This document shows, piece by piece, positions 13,530 to 22,518 of a stretch of DNA of 64,000 nt. Made by a program: the position numbers and the translations under genes. A model generated the notes under the pieces. The model was not told the origin of the DNA. It saw only the letters and a list, made by a program, of their open reading frames with translations, and searched no databases. The stretch spans positions 15,030 to 79,029 of the forward strand of contig JAFTCB010000047.1 in assembly GCA_017454905.1 (NCBI GenBank), given 5' to 3'. The stretch is from Bacteroidales bacterium. GTDB taxonomy: Bacteria > Bacteroidota > Bacteroidia > Bacteroidales > UBA932. Positions within the stretch are counted from its first letter, which is position 1. Each line of letters starts with the position of its first letter.

Positions 13530-15068
13530 ATGACAAAGGACATGAGAGATTTCTATATTACCAATACCCTGAGCCGCCGCAAGGAGCTCTTCGTCCCCGT
13601 CCACCCCGGCCACGTGGGCATGTATGTCTGCGGGCCGACCGTCTATGGCGACGCCCACCTCGGCCATGCCCGCCCGGGTGTGACTTACGACGTGCTGAGC
13701 AAGTTCCTGCGCCATCTGGGTTACCGGGTGCGCTATGTGCGCAACATCACGGACGTGGGGCACCTCGAGCACGACGCCGACGAAGGCGAGGACAAGATCG
13801 CGAAGAAGGCCCGGCTGGAGCAGCTTGAGCCGATGGAGGTCGTGCAGGCCTACACCCTGCGCTACCACGAGGCGATGCGCCTGCTCAACGTGGCGCCGCC
13901 CTCCATCGAGCCGCGTGCCTCGGGCCATGTGATCGAGCAGATCGAAGCCGTGAAGAAGATCCTGGAAGCCGGCTACGCCTATGAGAGCAATGGCAGCATC
14001 TACTTCGACGTCGAGAAATACAACCGTGACCATCATTATGGCGTCCTGTCCGGACGCAACCTGAATGATACCCTGGAGGGCACACGCGCCTTGGACGGGC
14101 AGGGCGACAAGCGCGCCCCCTACGACTTCGCCCTCTGGAAGAAGGCGGAACCGGAGCACATCATGCGCTGGCCGTCCCCCTGGGGCGAGGGTTTCCCGGG
14201 CTGGCACCTGGAGTGCTCGGTCATGGGTGAGAAATACCTCGGCCGCGAGTTCGACATCCATGGCGGCGGCATGGACCTGATGTTCCCGCACCATGAGTGC
14301 GAGATCGCGCAGAACGTGGCCTCCCGCGGCACGCAGGGCGTGCACTACTGGGTGCACAACAACATGATCACCATCGGTGGCCAGAAGATGGGCAAGTCGC
14401 TGGGCAACTTCATCACCCTGCCGCAGCTCTTCACGGGCGACCACCCGAAGCTCACGCAGGCCTACAGCCCGATGACGGTGCGCTTCTTCATCCTCCAGGC
14501 CCACTACCGCGGCACGCTGGACTTCTCCAACGAAGCCCTGCAGGCTGCCGAAAAAGGTCTCAAGCGCGTGATGCAGGCCGCCAAGGACCTCTATGCGATG
14601 GCTGGCCGCAAGGCCCCGCAGTATCCCTACGGCGAGGAGCCGGTGCATGTCGCCCCCGACAGCTGCCCGGCGGAAAATGCCGAGGTCAAGGCCGTGTTCG
14701 AAGGCATCTACGAGGCCCTCTGCGACGACCTCAACACCCCGGTCGCCCTGGCGCACATCTCTGAGGCGGTCCGCCTCGTCAACTCCGCCAAGGCAGGGCA
14801 GCTGAAGCTCTCCAAGGGCGATGTGGACACCCTCGTGCAGCTCTTCGACGACATCGTCTTCGGCGTGCTCGGCCTCAAGGATGAAGAGGCCGCCGGCGGC
14901 ACCACGGGCCAGGTCATCGACGGCCTGATGCAGATGATCCTGGAGCACCGCGCAGCCGCCAAGGCCGCGAAGGACTGGGCCACTTCCGACCACATCCGCG
15001 ACGCCCTCGCCGCCCTGGGCATCCGGGTCAAGGACACCAAGGACGGCGCAGAATGGACGCTTGAATAA
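13530..15068 (+). CDS. cysS: Cysteine--tRNA ligase
   Basis: [65 protein letters not shown]. Start may be 13542. Confidence 0.97.
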   Translation: MTKDMRDFYITNTLSRRKELFVPVHPGHVGMYVCGPTVYGDAHLGHARPGVTYDVLSKFLRHLGYRVRYVRNITDVGHLEHDADEGEDKIAKKARLEQLEPMEVVQAYTLRYHEAMRLLNVAPPSIEPRASGHVIEQIEAVKKILEAGYAYESNGSIYFDVEKYNRDHHYGVLSGRNLNDTLEGTRALDGQGDKRAPYDFALWKKAEPEHIMRWPSPWGEGFPGWHLECSVMGEKYLGREFDIHGGGMDLMFPHHECEIAQNVASRGTQGVHYWVHNNMITIGGQKMGKSLGNFITLPQLFTGDHPKLTQAYSPMTVRFFILQAHYRGTLDFSNEALQAAEKGLKRVMQAAKDLYAMAGRKAPQYPYGEEPVHVAPDSCPAENAEVKAVFEGIYEALCDDLNTPVALAHISEAVRLVNSAKAGQLKLSKGDVDTLVQLFDDIVFGVLGLKDEEAAGGTTGQVIDGLMQMILEHRAAAKAAKDWATSDHIRDALAALGIRVKDTKDGAEWTLE

Positions 15069-15082
15069 TTGTTGCCGCTACC

Positions 15083-15415
15083 ATGAAAAAACCGTCCAAA
15101 AGGCAGACGATACTCCTCCATAAAGCCATCTTCCTGGCCGACCACAATTACGAGGAGCATCACGAGTATACGAAATTGACCCTGTGCTTTTCGGACGAAG
15201 GTCCCTATCTGCTGGAGGATGTCTATACCCCGGGCTGGGCCGCCAGCAACTACGGCGGCGGAACCATCCGGACCGACCTGCCCAAGAACTTCTACGTCGG
15301 TCAGACACCGGAGTCCTTCGCGGAGCGTTTCAGCGAACGCTTCCGGGAGCAGATCCGGAACAACAAGGAGCTCGCCGCCTTCCTCGAGGAGGCCAATCGC
15401 AAAAAGGAACAGTAA
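15083..15415 (+). CDS. Hypothetical protein; paralogue of the C-terminal half of 16452-17141
   Basis: Shares HK.IFL, TLCF, GGGT.RTDL...FYVG, E.FAE, N.ELAAFL.EANR with the 229-aa ORF. Confidence 0.7.
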   Translation: MKKPSKRQTILLHKAIFLADHNYEEHHEYTKLTLCFSDEGPYLLEDVYTPGWAASNYGGGTIRTDLPKNFYVGQTPESFAERFSERFREQIRNNKELAAFLEEANRKKEQ

Positions 15416-15441
15416 CGTCATCCCGGACTTGATCCGGAATC
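15416..15441 (+). repeat. Solo CGTC-type REP-like hairpin
   Basis: CGTCATCCCGGACTTGATCCGGAATC directly after a stop codon; same family as the metH insertions. Confidence 0.75.
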
Positions 15442-15456
15442 AAAAAAGAATTGAAA

Positions 15457-16443
15457 ATGAAGAAACTATTGATCTCCGCGGCGCTTCTGTCCGCCGCACT
15501 GCTGCCCGTCGCCTGCGGCGGCAATCCCGACAAGCAGGGCAACCAGGCCCCGCAGACCCCTTCGGCCAAGGATTTCGAGACGATGCAGGGGCTCTATGAG
15601 GAATCGGACGAAGACCACGGATGGAAACCGCTCTGCAAGTGGCAGTACGTGGACCTCGACGGAGACGGTGTCAACGAGGTCTGGATGCGCGACATGGCAG
15701 AGGAGTACGGCGCCTTCTACGCCGTCAGCGACGACTACCTCGCCATGATCGGCATCGAGACGGACCGCTTCAAGGCCTACACCCGCGAGCCGCAGGACGG
15801 CAAGGGCTGGTGGTGCAAGGGCGGCCCCGCCGGCGGCCCGTCCTACTACACGGAAGTGACCACGCTGCAGGACAGCCGCATCACGGACCGCTACTACCAG
15901 ATGCAGGTCTATGACGACTTCGAGGGCACGCTCAACGGTGAGGAACTCGACGATGCGGCCTGCCGCGCCTACATGGAAGCCCTGCCGGAGAGCAAGGAAC
16001 TGGAGGCCGGCACATGGAACATCCTCGACCTCACGGACTATGACCGCGTCCCCGCGCACAAGAATTCCGCGAAGGACGACCAGGCCATCATGGACTTCAT
16101 CAGGGAGATGTACAACAGCAGCCTCTACGTCGAGGACGCGTTCCTGGAGGAGCACTGCACGCCCCGGATGCTCCAGCAGCTGCGGGACGATTACGACTAC
16201 GAAGGAGAGGGCTATGCCAACTGGGATTTCCGCTCCGAGAGCAACGACGGATTCAGCAATGAGAACGGCATCATCAGCATCGAGAAGATCGACGGCCGCT
16301 ACTACTATGAGGCGAACGACGCCGGCTACATCTTCCGCAACATCCTCTCCGCCTTCATCCAGGACGGCATCGTGATGTTCGACGGCATCACGCGGGACGC
16401 CACCTATCCGGTCCACGATCCTTTTGCAGAAGACGCAGAATAA
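15457..16443 (+). CDS. Acidic hypothetical lipoprotein
   Basis: MKK + hydrophobic stretch + LPVAC lipobox; DLDGDG calcium-binding-like motif; host-like codon usage. Confidence 0.75.
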   Translation: MKKLLISAALLSAALLPVACGGNPDKQGNQAPQTPSAKDFETMQGLYEESDEDHGWKPLCKWQYVDLDGDGVNEVWMRDMAEEYGAFYAVSDDYLAMIGIETDRFKAYTREPQDGKGWWCKGGPAGGPSYYTEVTTLQDSRITDRYYQMQVYDDFEGTLNGEELDDAACRAYMEALPESKELEAGTWNILDLTDYDRVPAHKNSAKDDQAIMDFIREMYNSSLYVEDAFLEEHCTPRMLQQLRDDYDYEGEGYANWDFRSESNDGFSNENGIISIEKIDGRYYYEANDAGYIFRNILSAFIQDGIVMFDGITRDATYPVHDPFAEDAE

Positions 16444-16451
16444 CATCCGCC

Positions 16452-17141
16452 ATGGCAAACTATTCCGCATCTGACAGGGGGCTCTATTTCGACGAGTTCA
16501 ATCCCGGGCCCTATACCCTGTACGGCTCCAATCTCTTTGCCAAACGGCACTGGGACTGCGAGAAGCTGCTGAGCATCAGCACAAAGGACATAGAATCCGC
16601 CGGCGTCAAGCCGGAGGAGTACCGCACCCTGGTGCTCGGCGAAGGCATCAAGGAAATCAAGAGCGGCGTCATCGAGCTGTTCCCGAACCTGCTGGACCTG
16701 ATCACCGGATCGGACCTCCGGAAACTCGGATGCACCCCCGAGGCGGAGGCCCTCCTCAAGCGCAATGACGTGATCCTGCGCGGCTCCTTCAACTCGCCCG
16801 CCGAGAAGCTGGCGAAGAAGCTGGGGCTGCGCTTCATCCACAAGAACATCTTCCTGTCCCGCTACTGCGACGCGGACCACGACCAGAGCACGGAAATCAC
16901 CCTGTGCTTCCAGTACCAGGAGCCGCCTTTCTTCTGGCGGGACGACAAAAGCACGGGCATCTCCGCCGGCAACACCGGCGGCGGGACCGTCCGCACCGAC
17001 CTCGACGAGGATTTCTATGTGGGCTATGACGCCGAGCGTTTCGCGGAAGACTACGTGGGGGCGCACCACTACGAGAAGGTACGCAAAAACCAGGAGCTCG
17101 CCGCCTTCCTCGCGGAAGCCAACCGCAGAAGAAACGCTTAG
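16452..17141 (+). CDS. Hypothetical protein with a BspA/LRR-like segment and a duplicated C-terminal domain
   Basis: LVLGEGIKEI...FPNL..L resembles one BspA-type repeat; C-terminal half paralogous to 15083-15415. Confidence 0.7.
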   Translation: MANYSASDRGLYFDEFNPGPYTLYGSNLFAKRHWDCEKLLSISTKDIESAGVKPEEYRTLVLGEGIKEIKSGVIELFPNLLDLITGSDLRKLGCTPEAEALLKRNDVILRGSFNSPAEKLAKKLGLRFIHKNIFLSRYCDADHDQSTEITLCFQYQEPPFFWRDDKSTGISAGNTGGGTVRTDLDEDFYVGYDAERFAEDYVGAHHYEKVRKNQELAAFLAEANRRRNA

Positions 17142-17154
17142 ATCTTGTTTTGAC

Positions 17155-17544
17155 ATGTTGTTGCTCGGAGTTAAGGAACAAGAAAACTGGCTGTATTCCC
17201 GCTGGCAGCTCACCTGGGGCACGGGATGGAAATCCATCTGCAAAGGTGCCTGGCGCCTGTATAACGACCTGAAGGACCCGGAACTGTTCGTGGACGGAGA
17301 GAAGCAGCCGGCTTTCGAAGAACAGGATAGAATCCTGGACATCCCGGAACACGGCGACCTGATGATCCGGGGCCTTTCCCGGACATTGGAGGTCCCGGTC
17401 ATGATTTCTTTCCGCAACCAGACGAACCTGGTAAGCCTGACCCTGCCGGCCAAGAAGGGGCTGTGCGACTCCGCGGACTATGAGACTTTCAACAGGGCCC
17501 TCGCTCCCTACGTGGACAGTCTCGAGCTCGCCATGTTCTGCTAA
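17155..17544 (+). CDS. Hypothetical protein (129 aa)
   Basis: ATG 13 nt after the previous stop; fills the gap before ogt; no recognised motif. Confidence 0.6.
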   Translation: MLLLGVKEQENWLYSRWQLTWGTGWKSICKGAWRLYNDLKDPELFVDGEKQPAFEEQDRILDIPEHGDLMIRGLSRTLEVPVMISFRNQTNLVSLTLPAKKGLCDSADYETFNRALAPYVDSLELAMFC

Positions 17545-17561
17545 CCCGGCCATATTTCGCC

Positions 17562-18038
17562 ATCAAGACCTGCCATTATACTTCTCCGCTCGGCGGGCTC
17601 ACCCTCGCCGGGACGGAGCATGCGTTGACGGGACTCTGGTTCGACGGACAGGCGCATTTCGGCGCCACGCTGACGGCGTCCTGCGAGGAAGGCTGGCTGC
17701 CGGTATTCGATGACGCCTTCCGCTGGCTGGACAGCTATTTCGGCGGATATGTGCCCGGCTTCACCCCGCAGCTGTGCCTGCCGGGGACCCCTTTCCGGCA
17801 GGCGGTCTGGCAGGCCCTGCTGGACATCCCCTACGGAGAGACAGTGAGTTACGGGACGCTGGCCCGGCAGCTAGGCGCTTCGCCCCGGGCCGTCGGCGGG
17901 GCGGTGGGGCATAATCCCATCTCCCTGATCATCCCCTGCCACCGGGTGCTCGGAGCCGGCGGACGCCTCACCGGCTATGCCGCCGGCCTGGACCGCAAGG
18001 CCCGGCTCCTGCAGTTGGAGCGCACCGGTTCGCTCTGA
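17562..18038 (+). CDS. ogt: Methylated-DNA--protein-cysteine methyltransferase (start uncertain)
   Basis: GTPFRQAVW..L..IPYGETVSY, RAVGGAVGHNPIS.IIPCHRV, LTGYA.G. Conserved HYTSPLG lies in frame upstream of the first canonical start (TTG 17625). Confidence 0.85.
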   Translation: MKTCHYTSPLGGLTLAGTEHALTGLWFDGQAHFGATLTASCEEGWLPVFDDAFRWLDSYFGGYVPGFTPQLCLPGTPFRQAVWQALLDIPYGETVSYGTLARQLGASPRAVGGAVGHNPISLIIPCHRVLGAGGRLTGYAAGLDRKARLLQLERTGSL

Positions 18039-18085
18039 ACCGTTTCGCCTTTTCAGCGTCAGGACGCGGCGCTTCCAGCAACAGC

Positions 18086-19438
18086 TCAGATCAGCACATC
18101 CCGGCGGTAGCGGACGGTCAGATGGACGGTCCGGGCGGCCAGGTGGGCGAAATAAGCGGCAAAGAGCAAGTGGATGGCTGCGGAGCCTTCGGGTTGCAGC
18201 AGCCATTTCCCGATATACCAGACGCCGAAGAACGCCAGGGCGGCGAGGCCCATCGAGTCCCGCAGGGCGCGGGAGGCCGTAGCACCCAGGTAGATGCCGT
18301 CCCAAGTGAAGGCGGCGCAGCCCAGCGGCGGCATCAGCAGCAGCCACGGAAGGAACTGCCGGGCGGTCTGCACGACGCTTTCGTCCGAAGTCAGCAGGCG
18401 CAGCACAGGCACGCCCGTGGCGGCGTAGATCCCGATGAAGGCTACGGCGATGGCCATGCTCCAGGTGAAGACGTACCGCACGCTCCGGCGGAGCATGTCG
18501 CCGTCGCGGGCGCCGATGAAGCGGCCGGAAAGCGCCTCCCCCGCATAGGCGAATCCGTCCGTGAAATAGCTGAAGAACATCAGCAGTTGCATCATGATCG
18601 ACCCGGCGGCGAGCAGCTGGTCGCCGTAGCCGGCATTGATCATGGTGAAGCCGATATAGATGAGGATGAAGAAGAACGAGCGGCCCAGCAGGTCGAGGTT
18701 CATCCGGAAGAAGCGGCCCATCGAGCCGTCGTGCAGCATGCTCCGGAAATCGTCCGGGCCCAGCCGCGAAAAGACGCGCCGCCCGTATTTATGCTTGCAA
18801 ACCCAGAGCCCGTAGGCCAGGCCGCAATACTGCGCGATGACCGTCCCGAGCGGGATGCCCGCGAATCCCAGCCCCGGCCAGCCCCCGATCCCGAAGGCCA
18901 GCAGGATGCTGGCGCCAATGTTGACCCCGTTGACAATCAAGTCCATCCACATGGAGTCCACGCTGTTTTGCATCCCCACGAACCAGCCCCGCAGGGCCAT
19001 CAGCGACATGGTAGCCGGAGCCGCCCAGATGCGGATGAAGAAATAATGCTCCGCCAGGGATTTCACGCCCGGCGTAGCGTCGGTCAGCAGCATCACACCC
19101 TTGAAGAAGGGCCACTGGAGCGCGAGAGCGGCGATGGCGGCAAGCAGGGCGAGCCCCATCCCGCGCAGGAAGATGCGTCCGCATTCCGCCGGATCCTCCC
19201 GGCCGAAGGCCTGCGCCGTCAGGCCGCCCGTGCCGGTGCGCAGGAAACCGAAGCACCAGTACAGGAGCGAAAGGACCATCGAACCTACGGAGATGGCGCC
19301 GATGCTTGCGGCGGAATCCCCGCCCAGGTGCCCTGCCACGGCGGTATCCACCATCCCGACCAGCGGCACGGTGATCCCGGCCAGGATGCTCGGGACCGAG
19401 AGCCGCAGGATCTCGCGGTTGAGCTCGGAGCGCGTCAT
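18086..19438 (-). CDS. MATE family efflux transporter (DinF-like)
   Basis: About 12 hydrophobic segments; P.IL..ITVPL.G.VDTAV.GH, FGFLR.GT.GLTAQAFG, YF.DGFA.AGEAL.G. Confidence 0.9.
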   Translation of the reverse strand: MTRSELNREILRLSVPSILAGITVPLVGMVDTAVAGHLGGDSAASIGAISVGSMVLSLLYWCFGFLRTGTGGLTAQAFGREDPAECGRIFLRGMGLALLAAIAALALQWPFFKGVMLLTDATPGVKSLAEHYFFIRIWAAPATMSLMALRGWFVGMQNSVDSMWMDLIVNGVNIGASILLAFGIGGWPGLGFAGIPLGTVIAQYCGLAYGLWVCKHKYGRRVFSRLGPDDFRSMLHDGSMGRFFRMNLDLLGRSFFFILIYIGFTMINAGYGDQLLAAGSIMMQLLMFFSYFTDGFAYAGEALSGRFIGARDGDMLRRSVRYVFTWSMAIAVAFIGIYAATGVPVLRLLTSDESVVQTARQFLPWLLLMPPLGCAAFTWDGIYLGATASRALRDSMGLAALAFFGVWYIGKWLLQPEGSAAIHLLFAAYFAHLAARTVHLTVRYRRDVLI

Positions 19439-20373
19439 CGGAATTTCTTGTCTTCCTCGAGCATGCCGAGGTAGGAATTGTAGCGTTCCGCGCTGATCCG
19501 CCCGTCGTCCACGGCCGCCTTGACGGCGCAGCCGGGCTCGTGCGTGTGCGTGCAGGGGACGAAGCGGCAGTCGTCCATAACCCGGAGCATCTCCGGGAAA
19601 TACTTGGAAATCTCCTCCTTCTCCAGGTCGACCAGGCCAAAGCCGCGCAGGCCCGGGGAGTCCACCACGAAGCCGCCGGAGGCCAGCCGGTACATCTCGT
19701 ACAGGGAGGTCGTATGCTTACCCTGGAGATGGGCTTCGGAAATCTGTCCGATCTTGGGATCCAACGCAGGATCCATCGCTTTGATGAGGCTGGATTTGCC
19801 GACACCGGACTCGCCGGTAAAGAGATTGACGCGTCCCCGGCAGCGCTCGCGCAATGCATCGATCCCTTCGCCCGTCCGGACGGAAGTCTCCAGGACCGGA
19901 TAGCCGGCCCCTTCATAGATCCGGCGGAAGGCTTCCATCATTTCCGGGGCTTCCCGGCGGTACATGTCCACCTTGGCCAGGACGATCAGTACGGGGACCT
20001 TGTACACCTCGCAGGTCACCAGGATGCGGTCCAGGAAGGGAAGTTTGATCTCGGGGAAAAACAAGCTGACCACCACGACGGCCTGGTCGAGGTTGGCGGC
20101 GATCACGTGGGACTGCCGGGAGAGATTGGTGGAACGGCGGATCAGGTAGTTGTCCCGCGGGAGGATCTCCTTGATGATGGCGGGGTGCTCCTCGGTGGCT
20201 TCGCCGTCGGTTTCATAGCGGACCCGGTCACCCACGGCGACGGGATTCGTGGAGGAACTTTGAGCGAGGCGGACCTTGCCGCGCAGCACGGCCGGGAACA
20301 GGTCCCAGGCAGGCAGCTCGCTCAGCAGGTAGTGGCTTCCCGCGTTCTTGACAACCGTCGCGACACCACCCAT
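19435..20373 (-). CDS. rsgA: Ribosome small subunit-dependent GTPase A
   Basis: NPVAVGD, IAANLDQ, GESGVGKSSL, GKHTT, DSPGLR, CRF..CTH.HEPGCAV. Confidence 0.95.
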   Translation of the reverse strand: MGGVATVVKNAGSHYLLSELPAWDLFPAVLRGKVRLAQSSSTNPVAVGDRVRYETDGEATEEHPAIIKEILPRDNYLIRRSTNLSRQSHVIAANLDQAVVVVSLFFPEIKLPFLDRILVTCEVYKVPVLIVLAKVDMYRREAPEMMEAFRRIYEGAGYPVLETSVRTGEGIDALRERCRGRVNLFTGESGVGKSSLIKAMDPALDPKIGQISEAHLQGKHTTSLYEMYRLASGGFVVDSPGLRGFGLVDLEKEEISKYFPEMLRVMDDCRFVPCTHTHEPGCAVKAAVDDGRISAERYNSYLGMLEEDKKFR

Positions 20374-21354
20374 CTATTTGGCCCGGCCGACAAGTTTCTC
20401 CGCAAAGCGGTGCAGGGTTTCCATCTTGTCGGCGCTGAAACCCACGCCGCCGGCGGCCTGCATCGCCTGCTCCGTAAAGCGGACGATCTCGGCTTTGGCG
20501 TCCTGGTCCACGCCATACTGGAGATAGATATCCCGGACGGTGGAGATTTTCGCGGCGCGCTGCTCCGGCGTCCCGGCCGGAAGGGCGAAAGCGGCGAGGA
20601 AAGCAGCCTTGTCGCTGGTTTTCTCCAGGGTGCGCACCGTCAGCCAGCTCTTCTTGCAGTTGACGATGTCGCCGCCGATCGGCTTGCCGAAAACCTTCTC
20701 GTCACCGAAGGCGTCCAGATAGTCATCTGCCACCTGGAAGGCCATGCCCAGCTCATAGCCGTAGCGGTACAGGGCTTCGCTCTCCGCCTCGGATGCGCCG
20801 CCGATGATGGCGCCCATCCCGGCCGAGCAGGCCAGCAGGACGGCCGTCTTGAGACCGATCATCTTGTTGTATTCAGCCATCGGCACCTCTTCTTCGGATT
20901 CGAAATCCATATCGTACTGCTGCCCGTCGCAGACCTGGGCGGCGGTCCGGGAGAACAGTTCCATCACGCGGTCCAGAACGGCATGCGGCGCCTTGGAGAT
21001 GCGCTGGTAGGCATCGATCAGCATCACGTCACCGGACAGGATGGCCGTGTCCTCGTTCCACTTCTTCCAGACGGTCGGCACCCCGCGGCGCAGGGGCGAG
21101 CGGTCCATGATGTCGTCGTGCATCAGGGTAAACGAATGGAAGACCTCCAGGGCCGTGGCAGGGGCGAGGATCCCCTCGTCGATGCAGTCGGAGAAAAAGG
21201 AATATGCGGTCAGGCACAACCGCGGGCGGATGCGCTTGCCGCCGATGGCGATCATATAGCGCAGCGGATCATACAATCCGGCCGGTTCGCGGGTGAATGT
21301 GATGCCGTCAAAAAGGCTCTTGACGAGGTTGTCGATCTGATTATCTGTCATCAT
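20374..21354 (-). CDS. Polyprenyl (farnesyl/geranylgeranyl) diphosphate synthase
   Basis: GGKRIRP, HDDIMD....RRG.PT, AILSGD, GQQYD, KTA, AFQVADD.LD, GGDI...KK. Confidence 0.92.
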   Translation of the reverse strand: MMTDNQIDNLVKSLFDGITFTREPAGLYDPLRYMIAIGGKRIRPRLCLTAYSFFSDCIDEGILAPATALEVFHSFTLMHDDIMDRSPLRRGVPTVWKKWNEDTAILSGDVMLIDAYQRISKAPHAVLDRVMELFSRTAAQVCDGQQYDMDFESEEEVPMAEYNKMIGLKTAVLLACSAGMGAIIGGASEAESEALYRYGYELGMAFQVADDYLDAFGDEKVFGKPIGGDIVNCKKSWLTVRTLEKTSDKAAFLAAFALPAGTPEQRAAKISTVRDIYLQYGVDQDAKAEIVRFTEQAMQAAGGVGFSADKMETLHRFAEKLVGRAK

Positions 21355-21359
21355 AGTTT

Positions 21360-21391
21360 ACAAAGATAATTCTTTTTTGCGTTATCTTTGT
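21360..21391. promoter_or_regulatory. Back-to-back TATCTTTG -7 boxes for the polyprenyl synthase operon and rdgB
   Basis: ACAAAGATAA-12 nt-TTATCTTTGT; each box is 5-6 nt from an ATG. Confidence 0.7.
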
Positions 21392-21395
21392 GCTT

Positions 21396-22034
21396 ATGAA
21401 AATTATATTCGCCACCGCCAACAAAGGCAAGCTCCGCGAGGCCGCAGAAGTGCTGGGGCAGGAGTATGAGATCGTGTCTCCCGCAGGAATCGGGATCACC
21501 GAAGATATCCCCGAGACGGGATCCACCTTGCAGGAGAACGCGTTGCAGAAAGCGCAATACCTCTACGACCGGACGGGCCTGCCGTGCTTCGCAGATGACA
21601 CGGGACTGGAGGTGGATGCCCTGGGCGGTGCGCCCGGGATCTATTCGGCCCGCTATGCCGGGCCCGGGCACGATTCGCAAGCGAATATGGAAAAGCTCCT
21701 GACGGAGCTTGACCGGCTCGATGACCGGGGGGCGTTCCCCCCGGACCCCCTGCGTCGCGATGCTCCGATAGGCCCTGTCAGCAGGCGCGCCAGGTTCCGG
21801 ACGGTCGTCGCGCTGATCCTCGCCGACGGACAGCCGCATTTCTTCGAAGGCGTATGCGAAGGCAGCATCGCCCGCGAGAAGCACGGCGCGGGCGGATTCG
21901 GGTATGATCCCATTTTCCTGCCCGACGCTTTCCCGGGGCTGACGTTTGCAGAAATATCGGAAGAGGACAAGAACTCCGTCTCCCACCGTGGCCGGGCCAT
22001 CCGCGCCATGGCGGCGTGGCTGAAAGCCCGCTAG
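21396..22034 (+). CDS. rdgB: Non-canonical purine NTP pyrophosphatase (RdgB/HAM1)
   Basis: FATANKGKLRE, ETG.TL.ENA..KA, FADDTGLEVDALGGAPG.YSARYA, GFGYDPIF, KN.VSHRG.A. Confidence 0.95.
   Translation: MKIIFATANKGKLREAAEVLGQEYEIVSPAGIGITEDIPETGSTLQENALQKAQYLYDRTGLPCFADDTGLEVDALGGAPGIYSARYAGPGHDSQANMEKLLTELDRLDDRGAFPPDPLRRDAPIGPVSRRARFRTVVALILADGQPHFFEGVCEGSIAREKHGAGGFGYDPIFLPDAFPGLTFAEISEEDKNSVSHRGRAIRAMAAWLKAR
21725..21754 (+). repeat. G-run/C-run palindromic motif, in frame within rdgB
   Basis: CCGGGGGGCGTTCCCCCCGGACCCCCTGCG; near copy on the coding strand of atpG. Confidence 0.7.
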
Positions 22035-22050
22035 CCGGCGCCTTCGTGAA

Positions 22051-22485
22051 TCAGATATAGTTGGCGTGCTTGATCTCCGCAGAGGGGTTGGCTTTCAGGA
22101 TCTGGGCGGTCATCCGGTCGGCATTTTCCTTTGACGTGCGGATCTGCATGAAACCGACGCCGGCATCGTGGATGAAGAGGTATCGGAATTTCCCCTTTTT
22201 GTTTTCGAAATAGGTGACGGTCGTGATGCCCGACAGGTGGAGCGGATATTTCTTCTGCCGGCTGTCAACGATGGTGTCTGCCTCCTCGTCGAAGGTGACG
22301 GTGGCGAGTTTGAGATCGGCGAAAAACACCGACCCCAGCACCAGGTTGGTGAACAGGCTGAACAGATAGCTCTCCTGGGAGAAGATGACATAGAGAACAA
22401 GGCTCACCACCCCGAGGATCCCGACACCGATGCAGGCCCACTTGACGAGCTTCGGACGCTGTGTGTTGGAATAGACAGTTTTCAT
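22051..22485 (-). CDS. Hypothetical membrane protein (2 TM segments plus soluble domain)
   Basis: Two N-terminal hydrophobic helices; co-oriented after the NCS2 permease. Confidence 0.7.
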   Translation of the reverse strand: MKTVYSNTQRPKLVKWACIGVGILGVVSLVLYVIFSQESYLFSLFTNLVLGSVFFADLKLATVTFDEEADTIVDSRQKKYPLHLSGITTVTYFENKKGKFRYLFIHDAGVGFMQIRTSKENADRMTAQILKANPSAEIKHANYI

Positions 22486-22518
22486 GACAGCCGGTAGAAA
22501 ACAACTAAAGGATTGTTC

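Noticed and set aside
14598-14680. Extra residues in the CysS linker ([26 protein letters not shown]) as another repeat insertion
   Set aside because: No palindrome or match to any of the three repeat families, normal codon usage, and the region is naturally variable.
13488-14993. Apparent 500-aa N-terminal extension of Xth
   Set aside because: It is the antisense of cysS; the Xth family start ([10 protein letters not shown]) and a promoter box sit at 13487-13499.
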